DNA of 64,000 nt from NCBI GenBank assembly GCA_051294375.1, contig CM119269.1, forward strand, positions 4,435,098 to 4,499,097, given 5' to 3'. The DNA is from Paraspadella gotoi (Eukaryota > Animalia > Chaetognatha). Under the pieces are notes generated by a model, which searched no databases, had not been told where the DNA came from, and saw nothing but the letters and a program-made list of their open reading frames with translations. The translations under genes were made by a program, and so were the position numbers. Shown in pieces: positions 52,598 to 64,000 of the stretch (its first letter is position 1; each line of letters begins with the position of its first letter).

Positions 52598-55500
52598 ATG
52601 ACGGCGGTTACGATGAGCCCTGTCGATCCGGCCACGATCCTAAAATCTATTGCGCCGAGGCTAAACAACGACGGAGGCATTCGAACGCCGGCTGACGTGC
52701 CGGAACTTTTGAAGACTATGAAAGAGGCTGAGAAGACTCCGGCTCGTTGCCTCTACGCTTGCGTACTCAAAGCGACGAAGAAGGACGAGGTTCTGCGAAG
52801 TTTCATCTCCTCCGGCGGCTTGGATACAATTTACCGGTGGATGTCCACCGCTCAGGAACACAGCAATTACGTTTTCGTCGTCGATCTTCTGAAAGTGCTC
52901 CGCCAACTTCCGGTTACCGTCGACGATCTCAGGAACAATAAGGATACGGCGAAAATGATTCGAAAACTTTCCAAAAGCGAGATTAACTCAGACGTCCGCG
53001 AACTGTCTCAGCAGCTGATGGACACGTGGAAACGAGATGTGATTGGGACCAAGGATGATGGTGAAAGGAAGGGGGAAGAGAAGGAGAGGGAGAAAGAGAA
53101 GGCGAAGCTAAAAGAGAAGGAGAGGGAAAAAGAAAAAGAAAGGAAGTTAGAGAAATCGAAATCCGATAAGACAAAAGACTCGAAAGATCGAAAATCGGTG
53201 AAAACTACAGTTAAAACCGCTTCGAAAGAGAATAAAAATTCTCACAAGTCTTCGTCCTCATCCAAAGTGCCAGTGAAATCTAGTCCTTCCAACGCGTCTT
53301 CGGAAACTTCAAAAACGGATATTGCGGAAAAATCAGAGAAAGGGAAAGCGACTCCCTCGATCTCAGAAAAGGAAAAAAAGAAAGAGGCGAAAAAAGATCG
53401 GCCTAAAACCGTCAAAGCATTCGATTCCAAATTTCGTTCTACAGGTCTGGAGGGGGACGAACCCGCTCCAAAGCCGGGGAAGAAAAAATCGACATCGACC
53501 GATTCTAACAAAAGCTCCTTCAAAATTCCTATGAAGAGGGACTCCAACGTCGGCTTCGACAAATCCTTGTTGCCCCCGGAAAAAAAGCCTCGTTCCTCCC
53601 CCTCTTCCTCCCCGACCCATTCCTCCCCTTCCTCCTCTCCCGCTCATTCCTCCAGTGCCTCCTCGGCCGCGGCCGATAAACTACGATGCTCCGAAGCGGA
53701 GGAGCAGCAAGTCGGAAAGATAAAAATAATCCCTGCCAAACCGCTCGTCCAGGAGAGCAGCGGCTTCATGGACAGTCTCTTGAGCGACAAAAGGAGTGCT
53801 ACCCGAATCAGGAAACGAAAGAACTCGTCGGACAACGGCAAGGAGAAACCTCCGACTCCTACCTCGCCGACGGGAAAGGTATCGGCTGCGCCTTCTTTCT
53901 ACAAGGACACCCTCTCGTCTGTCGACGCCGCAAAGAAGGACGAGGATGCCAGCGCCAATTCCGAGGCGCGGGTTGCTGGATCGACGGAGGCCGTCAAAGA
54001 GACGAGTGGCGGCGAGGATACGGGCAACGCCTCTTCCGCCCCCTCTGCAGAGGCTGTGCCGATGGAGACTGCGACGACGACCTCTGGCTCAAAAGCTCCT
54101 AAAAAGACAGTCAGGTGGAAACCGGAGGCACAACTCGTGGACATTCGATTCTTTGAGATGGACGAAACCGAGAGGATCAACGTAAATCGCATCAAGGAGG
54201 GCGACATGCGCACGTGGGAGATCGAGCAAGAGCGACAGGCCATGGGACAGCTGAAACGTAGCCAGCCCGAGGACGACATGTCGGAAACTATATCATGGCG
54301 GCGACCGGCGCCGATCTCGGGCCTCCCGCCGGCGCCCGTCGAAGCGGGCCTCAACTCCACGGAGAAGGCGACTCAAGCGGAGCGCGAAAAGTCTGTCCTG
54401 TCCGCCTTTTTCGACTCGGACCGACTCCCCGAATCGCCCCAGGAACCGGAACCGGAAAATTTAGAGATTCCCGAACCCAAGACGATACCACTGGACGATC
54501 CTCAGGGAGCCGATGGAACGGTCATAGACTGGTCGGGATCGTACGCGCCGGTGGCTGGAGCGCTCCCGGCGACCCTCACCAATCTACTCAATCAGGCGGC
54601 CGGAAGCGGCGGCGGTGCACCCGCGATGTCTCCAAACGGCCCCGGTGGATGGGGTAACAATCAGGGAGCATCGCCTTCCAACAACGGTATAAACGGCTAC
54701 GGAGATTTCGGCGCTTCACCATCTTCCGGCGCCATCGACGATATCGAAGTGAACACGGACAAGATCAAAGAGATTCTTGGCCACATTCAGGGCATGGGCA
54801 ATAATCCTGGCGTCGGCAATTTCGACTCTGGACCCATGACTTTTCCGCCCGGCGTGGCTCCGGGACCTAATCTTCAAGGCTACGGTCCAGCGCCCTCGAT
54901 GGGGTTTCCGCCAATGGTTCCGCCGCCGGGGATGCCGCCTATGGGCTTCATGGGTCCACCTCCGATGGGTCCTCCGCCGATGGGGCCGCCGCCTGGTTTC
55001 GATGCCAGCGGGGGCGGTGGAATGCCCACGCCGCCATGGGGGATGGACGGGCCTCAGGGGGCGGGTGGAATGCCTCCGCCGCCGCCCGGAGAAGGTGGGA
55101 TGCAACAGCAACAGTGGGGGGAAGTTGGTGGAAACCATGGCGGCTTTGGACGCGGCGGTCACGGTGGCGGCGGCGGCGGCGGCTACGGTCGCGGCGATTC
55201 TGGTGGCGGCGGGGGACACTTTCGCAATCGAGGAGGAAATCGCGGCAACAACGCAGGGGGGCCTCACAGAGGAGGAAATCGCAATTACGGGCATCATCGA
55301 GGGAACAACAACTGGCGTGGAGGTAAAATTCGTAACAAAGTTGGAGAATTTGTGACCGCATTTCAGTTATATGGAAAAACAAGAATGTGGGTTGGTTATG
55401 TACGTAATCAATATCATTATATCAACCTTGTTGCATTCGAATAAAAACGCTTATATTAAATGATTAAATGAAAAGGGGACTGTTATTAATTAAAAGAGGA

Positions 55501-56286
55501 AAATAGGGAAGGTAATGGAGAAGGATGGGTGGAGATTGAGAAGGGAAAGGGTCTTTGATATATTCGGGAAGAATCCCTGTCATAGCGAGTCGCTTTTCCT
55601 GCCATCAGCCCTTCGTTATCGCGGCTCTGCCTTGACGAAGCACAAGAGAGAGAAAATGCAGATTGGTAGAACAGAGCCTTGCAGATCCGTCAGGCAGTCG
55701 AGATGGGATCAGAAATCCGCGCCGTGCGCTACCGTCGGCGCCGCGTTGAAAGAGACGGAGTCCGTTGTTTCCGGGTCGATCGGCGAAAAGACGCGACAGT
55801 CGGCGAAAGTCAAAGTGGTTCACGTCGCCGCCGTCGTGCACAAGTCGAAATGAAAACGCGCTCTTTTTTATTTTATTTTTTGAGGTCTGGATTTGAAAAT
55901 AGAAGCAAAAAAAATTTAAATTAAAAATAAAACCCATTTACCTCAAATCCAATAGATTTTCAATTTAATTTATTTATTTTTTTTTTTGTATTGTCTGGGT
56001 AGATGGGAGGGAGAGAGAAAAGTATTTTTGTGTGCGGATGAAGTTGAGATCTTTTGTGCAGAAAAAACAAATGGCCAATGTTTGTTTCGAATTAAATCAA
56101 TGTTACGTAGTTAAGCCTTTAGAAGATATGCGTAAACAAAGTATATAATAATAGGAATATAATATAAGTATATAATATAAAATATTAATAATTCCTACCC
56201 CGTTTCCAGGCGATAACCCTTGCAGACATTTCAAGCGAGGCACGTGTACGAAAGGAGACGAATGCGCGTTTCGCCACGCCTACTGA
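52598..56286 (+). CDS. PPP1R10: PP1 nuclear targeting subunit PNUTS
   Basis: Exon 52598-55322: TFIIS-N-like domain, KFRSTGLE, RVxF motif KKTVRW followed by DIRFFEMDETERINVN, P/G-rich and RGG regions. Exon 56210-56286: CCCH finger CRHFKRGTCTKGDECAFRH. Confidence 0.93.
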
Positions 56287-57897
56287 AAACCATTTTCGCT
56301 GAAGTTGACTTAAAACTTGAACAATCATCTCCGCGTTTATTGTGATTCATTGATGCTCAAACAATCATCCCGCAACGCCCTGCGCTTCTGCCACGACCTA
56401 TCCCTTTTATTCGATGAATGACGACCCCGCTCCCCGAGTCTACCAGTACTACTGTCAAAAGTCGCGAAGAAGCTGTCAGTGTCTCGAGTCTTTCGATCGT
56501 AGACGTAATGGCGCCTTGGTCTTTCAGAACTCTCGGTTTAGTCCATAGATTTGTTTCTTTTTCCGCAATCTGTCATCGTTACCAAATCGGGGGTGACGCG
56601 CTAGAGGTTGTTATGTATTGACGTGTACATATAATTTAGAATATTGATCAATAATTATTATTCGAATCTGTTTTCACTCGTTTTTCATTCGCCCAAGGCG
56701 GTTTGTACCTTTGTTTTTGGCCATGATGACTGTTTTTGGTCCTCGAGTCATGTTTTTAAACGTTGTTGAAATGATATTATACTATTTTTTTTTACAGTTT
56801 TATTGTTACTGTTACTGTTATTTTTTGAATAAAACTTCAGTTTTTGAAATTATTGGGTAAAACGCGATTAGTCGTGGAGGAGAGCAGACTGCTACGGTTA
56901 ATTGTGTTAGGAATAAATCTGAAAAGGTAGTGAAACAATAGTTATGAGTGCAAAAGTTAATGAAATGTATTTAGACAAAAGATTTTTCGGTCCGGTGCAC
57001 CATAATTTATGGGGTTCACTACCTTTAGCAGGGTACCGCTAGTTCTTAAATGTTGTGCAGAAACGTTGAGGATAACTGGGATTAAATTAAAGGGTTCATT
57101 TCGTGGGTGTAAGTGAAGTATGTGCTTAGGATTTTTTTAGGGTTGAAGAAAAGCCGTTTGGCTTCGCCCGCCCTTTTTTTTTTTTATCTGTATGACCTTC
57201 TGTCGTCATGGCCCTGTATATTGTAAATATGTTTCTTTTTGGCTGATTCTGATTAAACATGTCAATAAAAGTTGGTTCTTTTAACCCTCATGTCGTTTTT
57301 GATTAAGATACTACTTATTTTGGTTAATTAGCTGAACTTTCTCAAAAAATTATGTACTTTTTGCTGTTTATCCTCATGGTTGAAGTTGCCTATGGTTTTT
57401 AAAACTATGATAATAAATTAGGTTAATTACTTAATGCTTATTAGTTTTTAATTCGAGAAATTCTGTCACGGATTATTTTTATACGAAATTTGTAGAATCA
57501 ATAATAAAATAATATTGAACATCTTCCAATCCATCAATGACTACGATTCTTTCGCCGCTAGTACTTAACGAAAATAATTTTACTTTTGAAATTTATTTAA
57601 TTTTTCCGGTCTCGTTTCGGTTTTACGACATTTATCCAAATTAAAGATGTCGGATGATATAAGTTAAACCAGAATATTACCTTGTTGTGATGAGTGTTCT
57701 TATCAGCATCCTCAAGGTAAATATTTTGAGACATCAAAAGATCATAAAAATTATTAATTATGAGAAAGAACTTTTCAAAAGCACCTGCGTAGTCTGGGTT
57801 TAAGGGAATGCTGTATTATCCAGTCCACCAGTCCAATGAAAATAATTCTCTGCAAGTAATTATTTAATTTTAATTTTTATACATAATAAATATTAAA

Positions 57898-58148
57898 TTA
57901 GAGGTAGCTTAACTCAGTAAAGTGGTTAAGAAATTTGAATTAAGCACCTACTCAAACGAAAATTTAGACATTTTTAAAACAATTTTAATAGGCAAAAAAT
58001 TGTAATATTACTCTATACCATATATATTAATTTTTTAATATTTATTTATAAATAGGAAAGGCAAAAATTTTTTTAAAGATTTTGTTATTTTTAAGATCAG
58101 TTTCAGGTAGCTTGTAAAAAGTTGTCTGCACAAAGTATAATTCTTTTT
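57898..58148. repeat. Dispersed repeat, also at about 61245-61497 and about 27122-27290
   Basis: Shared ggtagc..ctcaaacgaaaattta..ctctatacc..aatatttatttata..aaaagttgtctgcacaaagtataattcttttt. Confidence 0.75.
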
Positions 58149-58277
58149 GAGTGGAGAAGGAAGGCGAGAGGGCGGGAAGAAAGGGCGAGAGGGAGGGAAG
58201 AGGAAGGAGGCGAAGAGGGGGGAGAGAGAGGAGGGATGGAGAGAGAGAGAGAGGAGAGAGAGATGAGAGACGAAAGC

Positions 58278-58575
58278 TAAATCGGGATCTGCTGATAAGC
58301 AGATCCGACTAAAAAAAAACCCAAGTACAGACTTTTTGTATCTTCGTACGATGACTCCGTTCGCGTATTTGCCGCCAGCTTCATGAAGTCTTGGCCCCTG
58401 TAATAGATAACCCGATTCCCTAGTACAAGTTGACGAAGATCTTTAAAATAATGTTTTTTTCTTATTTCTTTGGAGTTACGCAGCGAGTACTCGCGGAGCA
58501 ACTCAATATTGAACAAGTCCCTTTTCGGTAGGTCGGTCGGTATGTCTGTCTGTCCATTGGTCTGTCCCATATGTA
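58278..58575. mobile_element. Helentron/HINE-like remnants (terminal hairpin and GTCY microsatellite)
   Basis: Hairpin tcgggatctgct-gata-agcagatccga plus A-run; gtcggtcggtatgtctgtctgtcc at about 58532; similar block at about 59880. Confidence 0.5.
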
Positions 58576-59541
58576 TCATACGTGTGCATTGTGCAGTCAC
58601 GTGATCTTTTTTTAAATTCATTGCAGCAAAACTCATAAAATACCAAGATGGGTTAATTATTACTAGGCAGTTTATTAAAGTAAATGATTCCTAATTCCTA
58701 TGCTTATGTTTCATAATTATGTAGTCACGTGACGACGCAGAATTACGGTCACGGCATAATTCGCATATTATTCGGTTGTTTGCAGATAAAGGATTAACCA
58801 TAGGACGTTTGTTATGCATATATTTAGTAGTCACGTGATTACCCAGAAATAAACGTGATAAGAAGGTCGCTACAGCATAACACAAATTAGAATCAGCGTT
58901 CTTAATCTCATTTCGCTCAAAATACCTGGTAAGGATCGCCACACACACCACATTTTCCTCCATGCTTCTGTTGGTTGGCGAAACCTCCGCAGTTCATCCC
59001 TTAAAGTTTAAAGAAGAAAATTATTGCTAGATCCGAAGCTACATTAAACTGGTCTGTCTGTAATGACTTTTTTAAACGTTAGTTTCTGTTGTAGTTATTA
59101 TGGCTTCTACCATTTTCAGTCTGTTCTAATTTACTAAGATTTTTAATTTAGGCCAAATTTAGTTAATTGACTAAACTGACTAAACCTTGGTCAGTGTAGT
59201 TTGGAGTACAGCCTTTAATTCCATATCTCCAACATGAACCTCGACCGGGAGGATCGAACAAGCGTCCGTGTGCAGAGACCTTTGTGGAAAAAACTTACAT
59301 ACATCGAACAACCGAGATTTACGTAGTCGCTATTGATAAAATACGATGTTCAATGTTCATTGTTCAGACTAAGAATTAAGGAGAGACGTATTGGAGAGAG
59401 AGAGAGAGAGAGAGAGATTTTTTTGAATTTTGAATTTATTCTATGGCATGGGGCTTTACGCACAAAATAAAACAATAGGCCATAAAAAGCTACTTCATTA
59501 CATTTAAGAATCTAGGCATTCATAATGAAATCTTTCCAATT

Positions 59542-59582
<41 letters not shown>

Positions 59583-62232
59583 CTCGGTTGTTGTTGTTTT
59601 CATTTATTTTTGTCAAGGAAGCTCGATGCCGGGAGCCTTCTTCCATTTTTCTTACGTACCTGACGAAGACTACAAATCAGCAAAACGGGAAAAATCGAAA
59701 GAAAATACATGTTGATATTCGCTTTAACTTTAGCGACGAGTGTGAATTAAAGATATAAAAATCGTGTTTCGGATGATTAAGGTTAACGCACCTGTCGCGA
59801 CGAGAACACCAGAACACCTGAACATTTTCTCATCGCTTTTTAGTTGCGGCGTAATTCCATACAAGTAAAACTCACTTTTCGGTCTGTCGTTCGGTCGGTA
59901 TTTCTGTCTGTCCGTCAGTTTTTCTCCACAATGCTCATAACTCATCAATTAAAAAAATTTTTCCTTAGTAAAAAACTAACTTAATTTATAATGCAAGGTA
60001 TGTAACATAGTCAATTTTTTCCACTCTACAAGATAGTTTGGGTTTCGTCCCTCTAGCAATAAAGCTTTTAAAGATATTTAGCAAAAAGTCCATTTTTTAC
60101 CATTTTTTTTCATTTTTTTCAAAGTTGGCAGCATTTACTTTAAATTTTTTTTTGAAAAAAAATGTTCAAAAAATTCATATGATGTATGGGCACCTTTTAC
60201 CCAATACTCGTTTTTTGATTTCAAAACTTTTCATATATGGCAAGGTCTAGTGCACATGCATCATACTTGTGCTGCCGGGTTATCACCTTAAATTTGAAGC
60301 AGCATGATTCATAAAAAACTAAATAATTTCAGTTAATACTTAGCCGACTGATGTACTATTAGTAAATAATTCTTATAAATATGTTTTATAATTGAAAACT
60401 AAAAATTATCAGTTCGAAATTTTAGCCTATTATATACATCGTGACCATTTGAAACCCGCCGCTATAAAAAAAATCACCATACGAAAATGTCTAGAGATTT
60501 TAACAATTTTAAAACTACATATATAAAGACAAAACACATACTTTTTTTAAGTATAAATTTCTTGATAATTGCTTTTGTTTTGAGTTAGTAATGAGCGAAA
60601 CAAGATAAAGAGCAAATTAGAGCTTTTCAATCAGAAGTAAAAGGAGATTCGTCACCTGGAGTTCATGGCTCTGTTAAGCAATCATAATCTCATTAATTTG
60701 TACTAATATGGGTATCACAAAAAATCCGGTTAAAAATTTATTTAGGAATATTGATTATAATTTCTTAAAAGTAATATACCTTGCCATTGACTTCTTAAAA
60801 CTAAAGTGGTTATAATTCTATACATTCTATACACTTTGACCGGGCCCCAAGAAGATACTACAGAATAGCAAAATATATCACAGTATACAGTTTTTTAAGG
60901 TCTTTAATTTATATTATTACTTTTTTTCTTTATAAATAAACTTTTATAAATCGTCCTTAAAGTGAGACTAAAATTTTTCACTCTAAAATATCAATCTATT
61001 GAAAGGGTAGATCTTTATTATTATTATATATAATTATAAATATAACCTACTCGTGGCTAGTAATACCTAAAATTTAAAAATAAATTTACCACAATATTGA
61101 CATGAGCCTTTATTTTAATATTCTATATAATTAATTTTAATATTATCATTTTTTTAGTTTTACATCATTCCATTGTGTAGTCACATGATTACAACGAAAT
61201 ATTTTTACCTGATCAGAAAGTAAAAGCTGTATATTTTGTGTAATTAGGGGTAGCCTCAGTCAATGGTTGGACTCAAAAATTTAAAATTATTACATGCTCA
61301 AACGAAAATTTATACATTTTGAAGTATACCTTCAATGGACAAAACATTTCTTATATGGCTCTATACCCAAATAATTATTTTTTTAATATTTATTTATAGA
61401 TAGGAAAGGCCAAAGTTTTTTTAAATAATATTTAAATTTTAAGACCAGATTCAGATAGCTCATAAAAAGTTGTCTGCACAAAGTATAATTCTTTTTAAAA
61501 TATTATAATAATAAGTGAGTCAAAAATAAGAAAAACCATAAAAAATCATCATCATCATCATCTTTCGATGATTTTATCAGTTTTTTGTTATTTTCATTTA
61601 GAAAACGTAAGAATTTTTAAAAGCTGTAATTATATTTCTTGTTTAACTTTTTATGCTCTATCAGAATCCATAAAAAAATTTTAAGATTTAAAAACAATTT
61701 TATAATGTGAAAAAAGACAAGTTATATTTAATGTATTAATCAAGACGTATAATGTATAATTTTTTTGGAAAATGATTCCTTAAATATTTAGTCAAGACGA
61801 CTTAAAAAACTTTGCTAATAGTCGAAATTTTATATTATCTCCGGAGTTGGGTCCTAGTGTAATATTTGGTTGTTTTGCTCAAAACTTAACAGTGAAGTAA
61901 CTTATGCAATATGCAATGCATTATGCATATATTTCACTCTTTTGTAGCCACGTAATTCTCATTTACGAAAAAAGGTCACAGTGGCGCAACGCCTTGATTT
62001 GCCGGCTCTCGTTATTTCGAAAAAGTACCAAACGATTAAAGTTTTTATGAGTGGCATAAACCTTATACGGTTTGGTTTTGTATTTTTATTAAATAAGATA
62101 TATGAACCACTTTTAATAGTTTTAATACCGTAACGTGCAAATATATTGAACATGTATTCACTAAAGTCTAATGCTCTAAGCGTTCATCAAAATTGGCGAA
62201 TTGGCAAATTAGCCCGTCTCAATTTCACAAAA

Positions 62233-63615
62233 TCATTTCTTGTCGAGATCTAGTCTGCTTAGCATTTCGTAGACGCCAACAAGAGCCTTGTCAACGATGC
62301 CCACGCCGATCTGCGCCACCTAGGATGATGAAATAAATTTTTAATAAAATTAAACCTTAAAAATAAAATTTAATCGACAATCATTCTATTTCTAGTTTCC
62401 AGTTTGTACTGATAACTTTTTCACGTTTTGAAACCTGAAATTCTTTGTTCCTCTGATCAACGTCCTTTTTCCCAACGATTTCCGCGGTTTTGAATTCGGT
62501 GAGGGAGTCAAGGATGGTGTCGGCCGTGTTGAAGGTAGTGTCTGACGTTTTTTTCAGGACGAAATTTGCTGTCTAAGAAATAACAGTTAAAAACATTTAA
62601 TTTTATCATAATTTTTTTATATGTAAATCCAAAAATATGTCAGCCATTCTTCACGACCAGTATTTTTGACCGATAAAATTAAATGAGATGTTACACATAC
62701 TTTTTCTACTAATCATTTTTAGCTCATGTTATTTTTTATTCCTCTAATAATTTTATTTCTAATTATTATAATTTTTTTTAAAATCATCTTGGAATCTGCT
62801 TGGACCTTGACAACTCCTGCAGCTAGACAATTTGGGTCATCCCTACAATCTGGTTTCGGAGTCTCGGTAGTCGCCTCCGCCTCCGATTTTGCCTTGGCGT
62901 TCAGATCGTATGTACGGATGTTCCCAGCAGCAGGCTCGGAGGCCTGGTCCTCCAAAGGGCGAAAAAGGAAAGTTATTCGTTAATAGAATTAATATGTGTT
63001 CGGCTTTTTATATACATACAAGAATCAATGGTATTCAAGAGAAATTGACGCAGTCACTGGAAAATTAGGAGTTTTAAAATCTTTGCTAGTTGCTTGGTAA
63101 AAATTAGAAGCTGTTCGACCCAGAAATTTAATTTAGATTTTGACCATTAGGTAGTACCCATAGCTATTGGATAAATATAGCTAAAAGAGACAGTCATTAG
63201 CCTTCAATAAAAATTCTTTATCTTCCCCTTAGGTTTAAGTAGACCTACATCTTGTTTGCTCGTCGCTGAAGTTGACGTTGGGGGCGTGGTAGTCGTGGAA
63301 ATTGGCGGTGTCGTGGAGAGGGTTGTGATCGTTGTCGTAGGTCGAGTCGTGGGCGCATTAGTTGCGATTGCCTTAGGTGTTGTTGTAATTCTGTAGTAAC
63401 GATTGAACGGAGTCGGCAGTGCGGTGACTTGGACGAGGAAGCAAACCGCTGTTAAACGACAATCTTACAGAAATCACTGGCAATCACAAAAAGGCTTCGG
63501 CATTAGCACTTCCATAAACAGCCTATTTTGTAACTAGCTGTGGTATCGTAGTTAGTTACTATTACTACCCGACTGTTTCCTAGACGCCCCACAAAAGAAA
63601 ATAGAAATAACCCAT
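62233..63615 (-). CDS. Small secreted Thr/Pro-rich (mucin-like) protein of unknown function
   Basis: Likely signal MGYFYFLLW-AVCFLVQVTA; exon TTTPKAIATNAPTTRPTTTITT..; exon DQASEP..CRDDPNCLAAGVVK; exon TANFVLKKTSD..; last exon VAQIGVGIVDKALVGVYEMLSRLDLDKK*. First and fourth donors uncertain. Confidence 0.6.
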
Positions 63616-64000
63616 TTTTAAAACACACACAAAAAAGAAAAATATGTTGCTTTTAATAAATCGTAGTGAAGTCAAAAATTTATGATCCAATTAAGTTTTC
63701 TTAATTTAATATTATGTTTTGTTATAATATAAAATAAGGAGAAATTTCAACGACTTTGTCATTCTCTGTTAAATTTAACTTTCTTCATGTCAATCATAAT
63801 CTATTCAAAAAGAAGAAACCCCTCTCAGTAGCCTACGATTATTAATGAAAATAACTCAATTTATTTAAAAAATAGTTACAATTTGGTAAATACTATCATA
63901 AAGACTTAATCATTTTTAATTCAATAAACAACTTTCTTTTGACTCCATTCTCCATTAACAAAAACAAAAGTAAAAAAACTATTCATTTGAGTCAATTTTC

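Noticed and set aside
52661-55382. Many antisense and alternate-frame ORFs over PNUTS
   Set aside because: Explained by GC-rich low-complexity coding sequence on the + strand.

Overview
AT-rich animal (invertebrate) nuclear DNA with many short spliceosomal introns and an N gap at 328-337; no prokaryotic features, rRNA or CRISPR. Spliced by hand, the genes are: a partial acidic exon at the left edge; two related secreted EGF-type genes (-); a secreted tandem lipid-binding (TULIP) protein joining a JHBP/Takeout-like and a Der p 7-like domain (+); a divergent NCS/recoverin-family EF-hand protein (+); PABPC1 (+); transportin-1 (-); a Cip/Kip CDK inhibitor with a p21-like tail (-); an uncharacterised multi-exon gene (-); an intronless STIM (-); PNUTS/PPP1R10 (+) with a possible alternative last exon; and a small secreted Thr-rich protein (-). 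Non-coding highlights: a perfect 81-bp-arm palindrome and a G4/TOP/A-rich module upstream of PABP, degenerate minimal hammerhead motifs, a tRNA-derived SINE-like family, Helentron-like and Kolobok-like non-autonomous elements, a foldback interrupted by a 9-bp-TSD insertion, a CSL-site cluster in the CKI locus, and three GC-AG introns. Splice junctions were read by eye and family calls rest on remembered motifs; no database search was run. I found no single clearly new multi-gene system.
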